Shown here: positions 18,866-27,707 of the stretch, piece by piece
Layout: each line of letters begins with the position of its first letter
Position numbering within the stretch: position 1 is the stretch's first letter
DNA from: Bacteriovoracia bacterium
Lineage (GTDB): Bacteria; Bdellovibrionota; Bacteriovoracia; Bacteriovoracales; Bacteriovoracaceae
Length of the DNA stretch: 34,627 nucleotides
Direction: 5' to 3'
Assembly (NCBI GenBank): GCA_046570105.1
Contig: JBKHVI010000028.1
Coordinates: 1-34,627, forward strand
Made by a program: the position numbers and the translations under genes
The notes under the pieces: generated by a model
What the model saw: the letters and a program-made list of their open reading frames with translations, nothing else
The model's database searches: none
Told to the model about the DNA's origin: nothing

Positions 18866-18930
18866 ATTTCCAGGATGGAATGTATGCCGACGAAGCCAGG
18901 AGGCGAGAGTCGGCGATTTCCAATAACTCA

Positions 18931-19080
18931 AATTCACCCCTCTCATCCTGGCGCACAGACCCTTTTAAGTAACCACATCCATGCCAGGATGAACCAATAA
19001 CAAAACGAAGAATGCATGAGGCGTCCTCAAGCCAGTTTCTCATTCGAAGTGAGACTTTGCTTCGGACTTAGGGGTGAATT
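18931..19080. repeat. Structured 150-nt element bounded by 11-bp perfect inverted repeats with two internal hairpins
   Basis: AATTCACCCCT (18931-41) / AGGGGTGAATT (19070-80); TCATCCTGGC (18943-52) / GCCAGGATGA (18983-92); imperfect hairpin at 19023-19067. Confidence 0.75.
18943..19017 (-). CDS. Candidate 24-aa hydrophobic small peptide MHSSFCYWFILAWMWLLKRVCAPG
   Basis: Translated by hand; ATG at 19017 with GAGGA upstream, TGA at 18945-43. Too short for the ORF track; coding status unproven. Confidence 0.35.
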   Translation of the reverse strand: MHSSFCYWFILAWMWLLKRVCAPG

Positions 19081-19094
19081 GAATTTAAATGAAA

Positions 19095-19475
19095 CTATTC
19101 GCAACAGTTCTGGTGTTTATGAGAGTGGCGAATGTTTAAGATATGCGCCCACACTAAAAGAATAGAGCCAATGATACTGACTGAGTGAGTGAGAAGTTCT
19201 GACCAGATCCCGTCTTGAAAAACTCCCGCCATAACGAGAATCAATCCCACACCAGCTTGAATGAGAACGCGGTTCACACCGTGACGGCGATAGCCTGGGA
19301 TAAACGCTAGCGGCGTTGAGACCATAACAAAGAGAGTAAAGAGGCGATGAACCCAAGGACTATGGACGAGGAGTTCCGCGGCGGGCAATAACAACGGCAC
19401 GAGCGCCACTAAAACACAGTGCACGATGCAGGCGGTGGAAAGGGCTATGCCCCACTTGTCCCAGATTTTTTTCAT
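19095..19475 (-). CDS. MerC-domain membrane protein
   Basis: DKWGIALSTACIVHC, GYRRHG and AHILN MerC-family motifs; four hydrophobic segments; His/Cys tail HSHKHQNCCE. Confidence 0.82.
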   Translation of the reverse strand: MKKIWDKWGIALSTACIVHCVLVALVPLLLPAAELLVHSPWVHRLFTLFVMVSTPLAFIPGYRRHGVNRVLIQAGVGLILVMAGVFQDGIWSELLTHSVSIIGSILLVWAHILNIRHSHKHQNCCE

Positions 19476-19544
19476 AGTATGGTCGAAGATAAGTTCCATG
19501 GATTATTTGTATATAGAGAGGGTAGAATGACTCCGTCTAGTTAA

Positions 19545-19561
19545 ATGACAATGATTCTCAT
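19545..19561. promoter_or_regulatory. Fur-type box between the divergent MerC-like and HMA genes
   Basis: A-TGACAAT-G-ATTCTCA-T, a 12/14 match to the 7-1-7 consensus TGATAAT-N-ATTATCA. Confidence 0.7.
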
Positions 19562-19586
19562 CTTAAATATATTTTATGGAGACTTT

Positions 19587-19859
19587 ATGAACAAAATCGT
19601 CACCTTCCTTCTCGCCTCAATTTTATCTTTCAGTGTCTTGGCCGCTCAAGTTGAAGTCGGGATTAAGGGCATGAGCTGCCAGTCCTGCGTCGGTAAAATT
19701 ACTGAAGCACTCACTAAAACGGGTAAATGCTCAGGCGTTAAAGTTGACCTAGAAGGCAAGAAGGCCACCTTTGAAACCAAGGGCGAGATCAGCGATGCCG
19801 AGATCAAGAAAGCGATTGAAGCGACTGGCTACACTCCGACAAAAATCACGCGTACTTAA
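19587..19859 (+). CDS. Secreted heavy-metal-associated (HMA) domain protein, MerP/CopZ-like
   Basis: Signal peptide; GMSCQSC; AIEATGY; GGAGA SD before ATG 19587. Confidence 0.88.
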   Translation: MNKIVTFLLASILSFSVLAAQVEVGIKGMSCQSCVGKITEALTKTGKCSGVKVDLEGKKATFETKGEISDAEIKKAIEATGYTPTKITRT

Positions 19860-19882
19860 AAAATCTCTATTATGATGAGGGG

Positions 19883-20779
19883 ATGAAAATCATCGTCCTC
19901 TCACGTAATCCAAAAATCTACTCCACCCATCGTTTGGCGCAAGCAGCGCGTGCACGAGGCCACCAAGTGCGCGTAGTGAATCCGCTACGCTGTTTTATGA
20001 ATATCACTTCAGCGAAGCCGATGATTCATTATCGTGATGAAGCACTCAATGATTTTAATGCCATCATTCCGCGCATTGGAGCGAGTGTGACTTTTTATGG
20101 CACAGGTATTCTTCGTCAGTTTGAAATGATGGGTGTCTACACCATCAATGAATCTACAGCGATTACGCGCTCACGCGATAAGCTGCGCTGTTTACAAATT
20201 CTCTCGCGCTCAGGCATCGGTCTTCCTGTCACCAGTTATGCTCACTCGACAAAAATGTCGGCGAAGTTAATTGAGATGGTGGGTGGAGCTCCGTGCGTGA
20301 TTAAGTTGATTGAAGGCACCCAAGGTAAAGGTGTGATTCTCGCTGATACTTCCAAGGCCGCTGAATCAGTGATTGATGGATTGAGACAAATGGATGCGCA
20401 TTTTTTGGTGCAACAATTTATTCCCGAGGCCAATGGCTGTGATATTCGTGCGCTCGTAGTGGGAGATCGTGTGGTCGCCAGTATGATGAGAGTGGCCCAG
20501 GCGGGAGAGTTTCGTGCCAATCTTCATCGCGGAGGTACCGCCGAGCCCGTTGAGTTGACTCCAGCTGAAGCCGAGATGGCGGTGAAAGCGGCCAAGGTTT
20601 TGGGATTGTCATTTGCCGGCGTTGATTTACTGCGCTCATCAAAAGGGCCACTTATCATTGAAGTGAATTCTTCACCTGGTCTGCAAGGAATTGAGCGAAC
20701 GACGGGTCTTGATATTGCCACCATGGTGATTGAGCATATTGAGCAAAACGCCATGAAGCTTGAAGACTACCGCGGCTAG
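19883..20779 (+). CDS. rimK: RimK alpha-L-glutamate ligase (ATP-grasp)
   Basis: [62 protein letters not shown]. Confidence 0.93.
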   Translation: MKIIVLSRNPKIYSTHRLAQAARARGHQVRVVNPLRCFMNITSAKPMIHYRDEALNDFNAIIPRIGASVTFYGTGILRQFEMMGVYTINESTAITRSRDKLRCLQILSRSGIGLPVTSYAHSTKMSAKLIEMVGGAPCVIKLIEGTQGKGVILADTSKAAESVIDGLRQMDAHFLVQQFIPEANGCDIRALVVGDRVVASMMRVAQAGEFRANLHRGGTAEPVELTPAEAEMAVKAAKVLGLSFAGVDLLRSSKGPLIIEVNSSPGLQGIERTTGLDIATMVIEHIEQNAMKLEDYRG

Positions 20780-21231
20780 AGAAAAATCTTTTTCAGATCA
20801 AGCAAAGAGGCGAGGATTCGAACGGTTCCGCGAGGAGCGGTGAGAGTAATTGAGAGAGTCGTACACTCGAGTTCCACTAATCCGCCCATGTGTTGTGACA
20901 TAGATCTTGGAATGAATTGGCGAACTCCATTGATCGCCGTTAGTTCTTTGTAGCGCTGAGCTTTTAAGAAAGAGAGAATTTCATTCTCATACCACTTCAT
21001 GCTTTTTTGTGAGTCTTTGTTGGCCGAAGTGATCTCGAGTGTCTCGCGTTTGAGATCTCGCACGAGAAAAAATGATAATCCAAAAGCACCGATCGAACCG
21101 AGAATCGCTCCGACCATGAGTGAAGCTTGCCAAGGGCCAAAGAAAATTCCATGCACGAGAGTCGCAACAATAAAAGCCGCCAAAAAAATCATGCCGGCAA
21201 CTCTCAGCCACTGTTGCCACCAACTCTTCAT
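20776..21231 (-). CDS. Hypothetical membrane protein (two N-terminal TM helices)
   Basis: ATGA overlap with the pyrD stop; two hydrophobic segments followed by a soluble domain. Confidence 0.7.
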   Translation of the reverse strand: MKSWWQQWLRVAGMIFLAAFIVATLVHGIFFGPWQASLMVGAILGSIGAFGLSFFLVRDLKRETLEITSANKDSQKSMKWYENEILSFLKAQRYKELTAINGVRQFIPRSMSQHMGGLVELECTTLSITLTAPRGTVRILASLLDLKKIFL

Positions 21232-22307
21232 GAGTGCTGAGCGAATTGAGCAATAAGTTTTTGGCGCTCAACGGGTGAAAGAGAAAGGAAGCTTTCCAGA
21301 TCAGGCAGCTTGGAGCGATTGAGAAAATTTAAAATATGCTTTTCTAAATTGATGAGGAGCTGTGGCCCTTGAAAGACAAAGGCGGTGTAGATTTGAAATG
21401 CGCCCCCACCACTGGCCCAATAACCCCAGACATCGCTGATACTTTCAAAACCACCCACGCCCACGACGGGAAGTTTTCGATCGCGGGCCACTTCCAGTAC
21501 GACACGGCGTTTTTGGTGGGCCTTCACGCGCAAGAGTCGGCCTGACATGCCACCGGCACCTCGCTCTGGAATGTGAGTCGTGTTAGTGGCGACCAGTCCA
21601 TCTGCGCCGAGATCGGCGAGTGTGGTGGTGAGATGACGTAGTTCAGCATCTTCCAGATCAGGTGCTAGTTTGACGAAAATTTCTTTGCCGTGGCGGGCCT
21701 TTAAGGGTGCCAGCGTCGCGAATAATTTTTTAAGCCAGTCTTCTTGTTGTAAATCGCGAAGGCCTGGTGTGTTAGGCGAAGAAATATTCACAACAATCCA
21801 ATCACTCAAGGGAGCGAGGTCTTGATAAAGCAGTGCGTATTCTTCTAGCGCCGATTCAGGAGTCGCCAACTTTGATTTGCCGATATTCACACCCACCGGA
21901 AAATGCGCGGGGCGGGTTTTTAGTTTTTCAGCACAGAACTTTCGTCCATTGTTGGGAAAGCCCATGGAGTTACGCATAGAAGCTTCAGCGGGGTAGCGAA
22001 AGAGGCGAGGTTTGGGGTTACCGATTTGCAGCTCCGGAGTGATCGTGCCGCATTCCATAGAGCCAAAGCCCAGGCGCGAAAAGAAATCTAAGCAGCGCGC
22101 ATTTTTATCCAGGCCGGCGGCGAGACCTATTGGAGTATTCCAGTACGTTTGTCCGACTTTCGTTTTTAGGCGAGTGTCTAACTTTCGTTGCCATGGCAAA
22201 GCAATTTGAGGGGCAAGTTCTGCCATATTAAGTGTGAAATCATGGGCCACTTCGGCAGGCATGAGGAACAAAGCTGGGCGAAACAATTGATAACTATCCA
22301 TGATCAT
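21228..22307 (-). CDS. pyrD: Quinone-dependent dihydroorotate dehydrogenase (class 2)
   Basis: PIGLAAGLDKN, GNPKPRLFR, GVNIGK, VNISSPNTPGLRDLQ, VKLAPDL, TNTT, GGMSG. Start may be 22307 or 22301. Confidence 0.94.
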   Translation of the reverse strand: MIMDSYQLFRPALFLMPAEVAHDFTLNMAELAPQIALPWQRKLDTRLKTKVGQTYWNTPIGLAAGLDKNARCLDFFSRLGFGSMECGTITPELQIGNPKPRLFRYPAEASMRNSMGFPNNGRKFCAEKLKTRPAHFPVGVNIGKSKLATPESALEEYALLYQDLAPLSDWIVVNISSPNTPGLRDLQQEDWLKKLFATLAPLKARHGKEIFVKLAPDLEDAELRHLTTTLADLGADGLVATNTTHIPERGAGGMSGRLLRVKAHQKRRVVLEVARDRKLPVVGVGGFESISDVWGYWASGGGAFQIYTAFVFQGPQLLINLEKHILNFLNRSKLPDLESFLSLSPVERQKLIAQFAQHS

Positions 22308-22381
22308 CAAGGTTGCCCGAGGATATCCTGGAAAAGCAAAGAAAAAGCGGAGATAATACTTCCACAGCTGGGAGGCTTCGA

Positions 22382-22810
22382 TTGCGTAGACTTTTTTTCT
22401 TAGGACTCATCTTTTCTGCAACATCACTTTGGGCACAAAATGATGAGCGTCCCGAGAGTAATCTCGACTTGCGAGGCGCCAAACCGTTGTTGCTTATAGA
22501 AACTCATGGCGGCAATGAGCGTATTGAGCTCGAACGCAGCCAATCAGGTGATTACTATCTCAACGCCAAGAGCAAAGACGGATCGCAAAAAAACAAAATC
22601 AGTCGCCCAAAAGCAGAAGGACTTGATCAGCGCTTCTCTGCGCTCTTTCTAAAGTTGCAGTATGAAATGCCGGAAGACGAGAAAGGCTGTAAGCAGCATT
22701 GGAAGCTGGTTTTGCGTGGGGAAGAGTTGTTGGTATGCAATAAAAATGAGCAAAAAAATCAGGAAATAAATCCACTCTTTTCCGAACTCAAAAAAGATTC
22801 GACACCATAA
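22382..22810 (+). CDS. Hypothetical secreted protein
   Basis: GGAGG 6 nt before in-frame TTG 22382; signal peptide MRRLFFLGLIFSATSLWA; one Cys pair. Confidence 0.7.
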   Translation: MRRLFFLGLIFSATSLWAQNDERPESNLDLRGAKPLLLIETHGGNERIELERSQSGDYYLNAKSKDGSQKNKISRPKAEGLDQRFSALFLKLQYEMPEDEKGCKQHWKLVLRGEELLVCNKNEQKNQEINPLFSELKKDSTP

Positions 22811-22918
22811 GGCAAGATTATCCCGGCCAATACTACTTGCCTCACTCCTATAGGGAGAGGGACAATAGATCGAATCAGTCTTTCTGATTCTCGAATATGA
22901 TTTCTTAATGAGGCATCT

Positions 22919-25096
22919 ATGAAGTTTCTCTCGCTCGCACTCCTTCTTTCCTTTAGCACCACACTTCATGCACAAAAACTTTTCTCTTCTGAGAAACCAG
23001 AAACAGAAAGTCAGGTTCATGGCTCCCTTGTCAATGATCAGGGTTTTACTCGCGAAGTGGTGTTGGGAAATATTCTTAAGGGTGCACTTGAAAATATGCA
23101 TCTGGCGAATAAGAGTATCGACGATAAACTTTCTAAAGAAGCCTTCAAGCTTTATCTCGAGCGAGTTGATTACGGTAAGCAGTTTTTAACGGATGCAGAC
23201 GTTGCAATTTTGCGTAAGTTTGAAACGCAAATGGATGACCAGTTGCAAGCGGGTAAATTAACAATCGTCGATGCCACCACCCAAATTATGAATCAACGTC
23301 TGCCTCAAGTTGAAACTTGGATCAATGAGTTGTTGGCCAAGCCGCTTGATTACTCTAAGAAAGAATCATTAGAGACGGATGCAGAAAAAAGAAAATATAG
23401 CAAAAATGAAAAAGAGCTACGTGAACTTTGGTCTAAAGTGCTTAAGTACGATGTCATGAGTCGCTTGGCCGATCTGAAAGAAGAGCGCGACCAGGACCCT
23501 GCTAAAAAAGCTGAAGAAGCCAAAAAACCAAAGAACAAAAAGAAGAAGAGTGCCGCCGATGGCGAAGATCTAAAAAAGATGGATGATGTCGCCCTAGAAG
23601 CTAAAGCTCGTAAAAAGACCGCTGAGAGCTTTAAGAAAATCCTTCAGCGTTTGAAAGACGAAAAGAAAAACGACAAGCTTGATAAATTCTATAACTCTAT
23701 CGCGCGCGTTTTCGATCCCCATACCAACTATCTTATTCCTGAAGAGAAAGAAGATTTTGATATCGATATGTCTGGAAAGCTTGAAGGGATTGGGGCCATC
23801 CTGCGTGAAGAGGGCTCTTATATTAAAGTCGAGCGCATCGTTCCTGGCTCTGCTTCTTGGAAGACCAAAGAACTCGATGCCGAAGATACTATTCTGAAAG
23901 TCGCTCAAGGCCGCGATGAGCCGGTTGATGTGGTGGATATGCCACTCAGAGACGCGGTTAAACTTATTCGCGGGAAGAAGGGTTCTGAAGTTCGCCTGAC
24001 AGTGAAGAAGCCCAATGGCCTAGTCAAGACTGTGGCGATTGTACGAGATGTCGTTGAAATTGAAGACTCGTACGTGAAGGGAACTATCATTGAAGATAAG
24101 AAAACCAAAACGAAAGTTGGCTACATCAACGTACCTAAGTTCTATCGCGATTTTAATGATCGCTCAGGACGAAACTGTACCGTAGATGTGCAGAAAGAAC
24201 TGATTCGTATGAAGCGCGAGAAGATTCAAGGCCTCATTCTTGATCTTCGTAATAATGGCGGTGGTGCATTGGAAGATGCGCGCATGATCTCAGGACTGTT
24301 TATTGAAAAAGGTCCGATTGTTCAGGTGAAAGCTTCGACAGGTTCAGTGGAAATCCTGGCCGATCAAGATTCAACAGTTGAATTTGATAAGCCGATGATC
24401 GTTTTGATTAATCGCTTCTCGGCCTCGGCTTCTGAAATTGTGGCAGCCGCTCTCCAAGACTACGGTCGCGCCATTATTGTTGGCGGCGAGTTCTCTCACG
24501 GCAAAGGTACAGTACAGCTTGTTGTCGATTTGGATAACTACGTATCTCCTGCCATGAAGACCTATTCACCACTGGGTGCTCTGAAAATTACCATTCAAAA
24601 GTTCTACCGTATTAACGGTTCTTCTACGCAGTACAAGGGTGTCACTCCCGATATCATCTTGCCTGATCCTTATGCTCACTTGGAGAGTGGTGAGCAGTTC
24701 TTGAAGCACTCCATCCCATGGGCAAAAGTTAAGCCGGTGAGTTTCAAGGCGTGGACTCCTAAATACTCGCTCAGCAATGTGGCCGCAAAGTCTGAAAAAC
24801 GAGTCGCAAAAGACGCTCGTTTCAGTAAGGTGCGTGAAACAGTGACTTGGTACGATGCTCGCCGTAAGCAAACAGTCAAAGATCTCACCATGGTGGGTTA
24901 CTTGAAAGACCGCAAAGAAGTTAAAGAGCGCGCGGAGGCCCTTGAGAAAGAAGAAGAGAGCAAGGATCTCGTTGTGAAGTCTCTTGATAATTTGAGCGAA
25001 AAAGTAGCGCAAGAAAAATTCGATGAGTTCAGTAAGGGCCTCCGTGTCGATCCAGTGATTGAAGAATCAGTCATGATCATTAAAGACATGCTCTAA
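22919..25096 (+). CDS. prc: Carboxy-terminal processing protease (S41A, Prc/Tsp type)
   Basis: Signal peptide; FDPHTNY, LEGIGA (PDZ), DLRNNGGG, SASASEI (catalytic Ser), GKGTVQ (catalytic Lys), STQYKGVTPDI. Confidence 0.93.
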   Translation: MKFLSLALLLSFSTTLHAQKLFSSEKPETESQVHGSLVNDQGFTREVVLGNILKGALENMHLANKSIDDKLSKEAFKLYLERVDYGKQFLTDADVAILRKFETQMDDQLQAGKLTIVDATTQIMNQRLPQVETWINELLAKPLDYSKKESLETDAEKRKYSKNEKELRELWSKVLKYDVMSRLADLKEERDQDPAKKAEEAKKPKNKKKKSAADGEDLKKMDDVALEAKARKKTAESFKKILQRLKDEKKNDKLDKFYNSIARVFDPHTNYLIPEEKEDFDIDMSGKLEGIGAILREEGSYIKVERIVPGSASWKTKELDAEDTILKVAQGRDEPVDVVDMPLRDAVKLIRGKKGSEVRLTVKKPNGLVKTVAIVRDVVEIEDSYVKGTIIEDKKTKTKVGYINVPKFYRDFNDRSGRNCTVDVQKELIRMKREKIQGLILDLRNNGGGALEDARMISGLFIEKGPIVQVKASTGSVEILADQDSTVEFDKPMIVLINRFSASASEIVAAALQDYGRAIIVGGEFSHGKGTVQLVVDLDNYVSPAMKTYSPLGALKITIQKFYRINGSSTQYKGVTPDIILPDPYAHLESGEQFLKHSIPWAKVKPVSFKAWTPKYSLSNVAAKSEKRVAKDARFSKVRETVTWYDARRKQTVKDLTMVGYLKDRKEVKERAEALEKEEESKDLVVKSLDNLSEKVAQEKFDEFSKGLRVDPVIEESVMIIKDML

Positions 25097-25112
25097 GAAA
25101 AACTTTTCCTTT

Positions 25113-25144
25113 AGCACCAGGTATTCAAAGCCTGGTGCTTCTTT
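25113..25144 (+). terminator. Probable intrinsic terminator after prc
   Basis: AGCACCAGG-N9-CCTGGTGCT followed by TCTTT. Confidence 0.7.
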
Positions 25145-25194
25145 AAAAAACATCCTAATATTGCAGCTAATTTAAGCACCTGGTGGGAGTTGTT

Positions 25195-25989
25195 ATGAAG
25201 TCTGAGTTAGATTTAAAGACGAAATATGACTGGTATGAGCGGGCCGTCCAAACTCCTGATACAGAAGTTGATTTCATGCGTCTTTGGTTCAAAAAGCTTC
25301 ATGGGCGCTACCCCCAAACGCTGAGAGAAGACTTCTGTGGCACCGGTGCGATCTCATGCTCATGGGTGGCAAAAGCTCCTCAGAATGAGGCCTATGGAAT
25401 TGATCTCGATCCTGAGCCCATCGCCATGGGACGTGAGCGTCACTACAGCAAGCTTTCGGCCAACGCTCAAAAGCGTATGCAGTATCTTGAGGCCAACGTG
25501 ATGGATAAGCATCGCTTCACCGTCGATGTGGTTTGCGCCTTCAATTTCTCTTATTTTATTTTCAAAAAACGTTCACAGCTTGTGAAGTATTTCAAAACGG
25601 TTCGTCAGGGCCTGGGCAAGCAGGGCATGTTCTTCATGGACTTATTTGGAGGACCGGAGAGTCAGAAAATTGTGACGGATGTGCGTAAGATGAAAGGTCT
25701 GACTTATTATTGGGAGTGCCAGAGTTTTAATCCCATCACCGCTGAATGCACTTTTGCGATTCACTTTCGTGATGCCAAAGGCAAGAAGCACGAAAACGTA
25801 TTCACCTATGATTGGCGTCTGTGGACAATTGCAGAACTTCGAGAAATTCTCGAAGAAGCCGGCTTCTCTCGTTCAATTGCTTTCTGGGAAGGGGATGACA
25901 ATAAGGGTGGAGGAAATGGAATCTACACACCTTCTGAGATCGGCGAAAACTGTGATGCGTGGGTTTCTTATATTGCCGCTTTAGTCTAA
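25195..25989 (+). CDS. Class I SAM-dependent methyltransferase
   Basis: LREDFCGTG motif I, GIDLDPE, DVVCAFNFSY, GMFFMDLFGG; GGGAG SD before ATG 25195. Confidence 0.85.
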   Translation: MKSELDLKTKYDWYERAVQTPDTEVDFMRLWFKKLHGRYPQTLREDFCGTGAISCSWVAKAPQNEAYGIDLDPEPIAMGRERHYSKLSANAQKRMQYLEANVMDKHRFTVDVVCAFNFSYFIFKKRSQLVKYFKTVRQGLGKQGMFFMDLFGGPESQKIVTDVRKMKGLTYYWECQSFNPITAECTFAIHFRDAKGKKHENVFTYDWRLWTIAELREILEEAGFSRSIAFWEGDDNKGGGNGIYTPSEIGENCDAWVSYIAALV

Positions 25990-26258
25990 GCGGCCCAACG
26001 ATCAAAGCTACTGCCAGAACTGCCTTTGATGTAATCAATGAACTCAGAGTCTGATTCTGTTCCAAAGAAGTGCATAAAGTTGTGGCGGTATTTCGCTATG
26101 AATTTGCGCTGACCATTGCGAAATAATTCCCACGAATGGCCGTAACAAAGAGGAACCACCAGATCAGTTCCGCGATCGCGATAAATGCGATCCTTGGAGA
26201 GAACTTTATGGTCGTGGTCACCGAGATATTTACAAACAAGGCAGCGTTGGTCACTCAT
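25986..26258 (-). CDS. Small putative Zn-binding protein (CxxC...CxxH; DUF968/HNH-like pattern)
   Basis: CLVC and VPLCYGHSWELF..G...F..KY; C-terminus RWAA. Confidence 0.7.
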   Translation of the reverse strand: MSDQRCLVCKYLGDHDHKVLSKDRIYRDRGTDLVVPLCYGHSWELFRNGQRKFIAKYRHNFMHFFGTESDSEFIDYIKGSSGSSFDRWAA

Positions 26259-26265
26259 AGGAACA

Positions 26266-26293
26266 TTGTCGGATACTATTTGATTTTCCTTAA
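26266..26293 (-). promoter_or_regulatory. Putative sigma28 (FliA) promoter
   Basis: TAAG-N15-TCCGACAA, 7 nt upstream of ATG 26258. Confidence 0.6.
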
Positions 26294-26335
26294 CATAAGC
26301 CTGATTTTAGCCTCTTAATTTGGCCCGGCCTAAGG

Positions 26336-27637
26336 TCAGAAAGTAATGGTTTCAAGGAGATCGATGATCTTCTGGAAGCGAGCTGTAGGGAAGGTGGTTT
26401 TAAGCTCTCGGATCATTTCTCGCCCATTAAATGGGCCGTTTTCAGATTGGACAATGATTCTAGTGAACTCTTCGGCAATGATAAACACAATCGCCATAGG
26501 GGAGAGGTTGGCGCCGAAATGATCGGAATAGCCCACGCCATTCAGAACACCATGATGCTGGCGAATGATCTGGTCAGCACCCATCGGTGCATGGGGGTAT
26601 TTATGCACCAGTTCTGCCGCGAGCTGAGCATGTTTTTCCACCAGATTTTTTTCACGCGTATCAAACTCACCTCGACGAAGTTCATCTTTGCTTTTGATCT
26701 GTGCCTGTTTGTCAGTCTCTAAGGCAATGTCATGGAAGAAGCAGATAAATGAGATTTTATCTTCTTGTTCCGGTGTGCCCCAATCAATATTGCGCACAAT
26801 ATGTAAGCTCACATAAGTCACAATCTGAGTGTGTCGATAGAGATAGCCCGCCTTATTGGCGAGCATGCGTTGCAGAAGTGAGCCCAGCTTTGGATATTTT
26901 TTTACGTTACCGGCAAGGGCATCCATGCTCTTCTTGGCCATAGCAATGGTTTCTTCATTGATACCAATACTCATGAGTTTTTTGGAAATAAGCTCATGAT
27001 TGGAAGCTCTGGCCTGAATCTGTTCATCGGGGTTGAGATCTTTATCTTCCAGTCGAACCACTAATTCGGCGGTGATCTGGTTCACAATTTGTAAGCGATC
27101 AAGCTTATCGACACAGAGTGTTTGTAGATCTTTCAGAAGCGTGCGATCAATTTCTTTATTGGCCGGAAAAACTAAATCGAGGAGTCCCAAATCATCGCGA
27201 GTGTAGACATTGGTCACTGGATAATTGATCCATTCGATGAGTCTGGCGGGAAATTCAAAGTAGTCTTCGACTTTCTTCTCAACCATCTGCTGAGCGGTGA
27301 TCCCTAAGGCCTGGGCCGAACCCTTCACGACACCTTTTAAATCAAGACTGCCTGGGAGCACGCCATGAACCAAGGCGGGATAAATTCCGTGGCCGATAAC
27401 AAACAGTGGAGTGGTGAGACCGCATTCCTTAAGTCGCTCAGCAACTGGAACGGCGATATCGTCTTTTCCAATTTTGGCGCGGGCGATAATCAGCTTAAAG
27501 GGTTTTTGCTCGATAAGTTGCAGAGCATCTGCACGGCTAGTTGCGACGACGAGCTCCAAACCCACATAGGTTGTGAGGTTTAAGTGGTAGATTTCGATAA
27601 TTTTAGGGTTGTTTTCAACCAAAAGTGTCAGCGCCAA
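26336..27637 (-). CDS. Pseudo-receiver plus degenerate HD-GYP-like protein (same architecture as 13149-14519)
   Basis: Start inferred at TTG 27637 (GGAG upstream; MALTLLVENN); YRHTQ, FFHDIAL, KHAQ, QHHGVLNGVGYS. Confidence 0.72.
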   Translation of the reverse strand: MALTLLVENNPKIIEIYHLNLTTYVGLELVVATSRADALQLIEQKPFKLIIARAKIGKDDIAVPVAERLKECGLTTPLFVIGHGIYPALVHGVLPGSLDLKGVVKGSAQALGITAQQMVEKKVEDYFEFPARLIEWINYPVTNVYTRDDLGLLDLVFPANKEIDRTLLKDLQTLCVDKLDRLQIVNQITAELVVRLEDKDLNPDEQIQARASNHELISKKLMSIGINEETIAMAKKSMDALAGNVKKYPKLGSLLQRMLANKAGYLYRHTQIVTYVSLHIVRNIDWGTPEQEDKISFICFFHDIALETDKQAQIKSKDELRRGEFDTREKNLVEKHAQLAAELVHKYPHAPMGADQIIRQHHGVLNGVGYSDHFGANLSPMAIVFIIAEEFTRIIVQSENGPFNGREMIRELKTTFPTARFQKIIDLLETITF

Positions 27638-27707
27638 AGGTATCTCCGGTCTCATTGTACACCCTTTCTGCTGTCCGAGCGCGCTGCTTTTTTGTTAACA
27701 TCTCTCC

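Noticed and set aside
18733..18972. 79-aa + strand ORF
   Set aside because: Overlaps L31 out of frame and runs through its terminator.
18931..19080. Retron msr-msd RNA (outer inverted repeats enclosing hairpins)
   Set aside because: No reverse transcriptase in the window; retron RNAs lie directly upstream of their RT gene.
19095..19859. Mercury-resistance operon
   Set aside because: No merA, merR or merT, the genes are divergent, and the operator is Fur-like.
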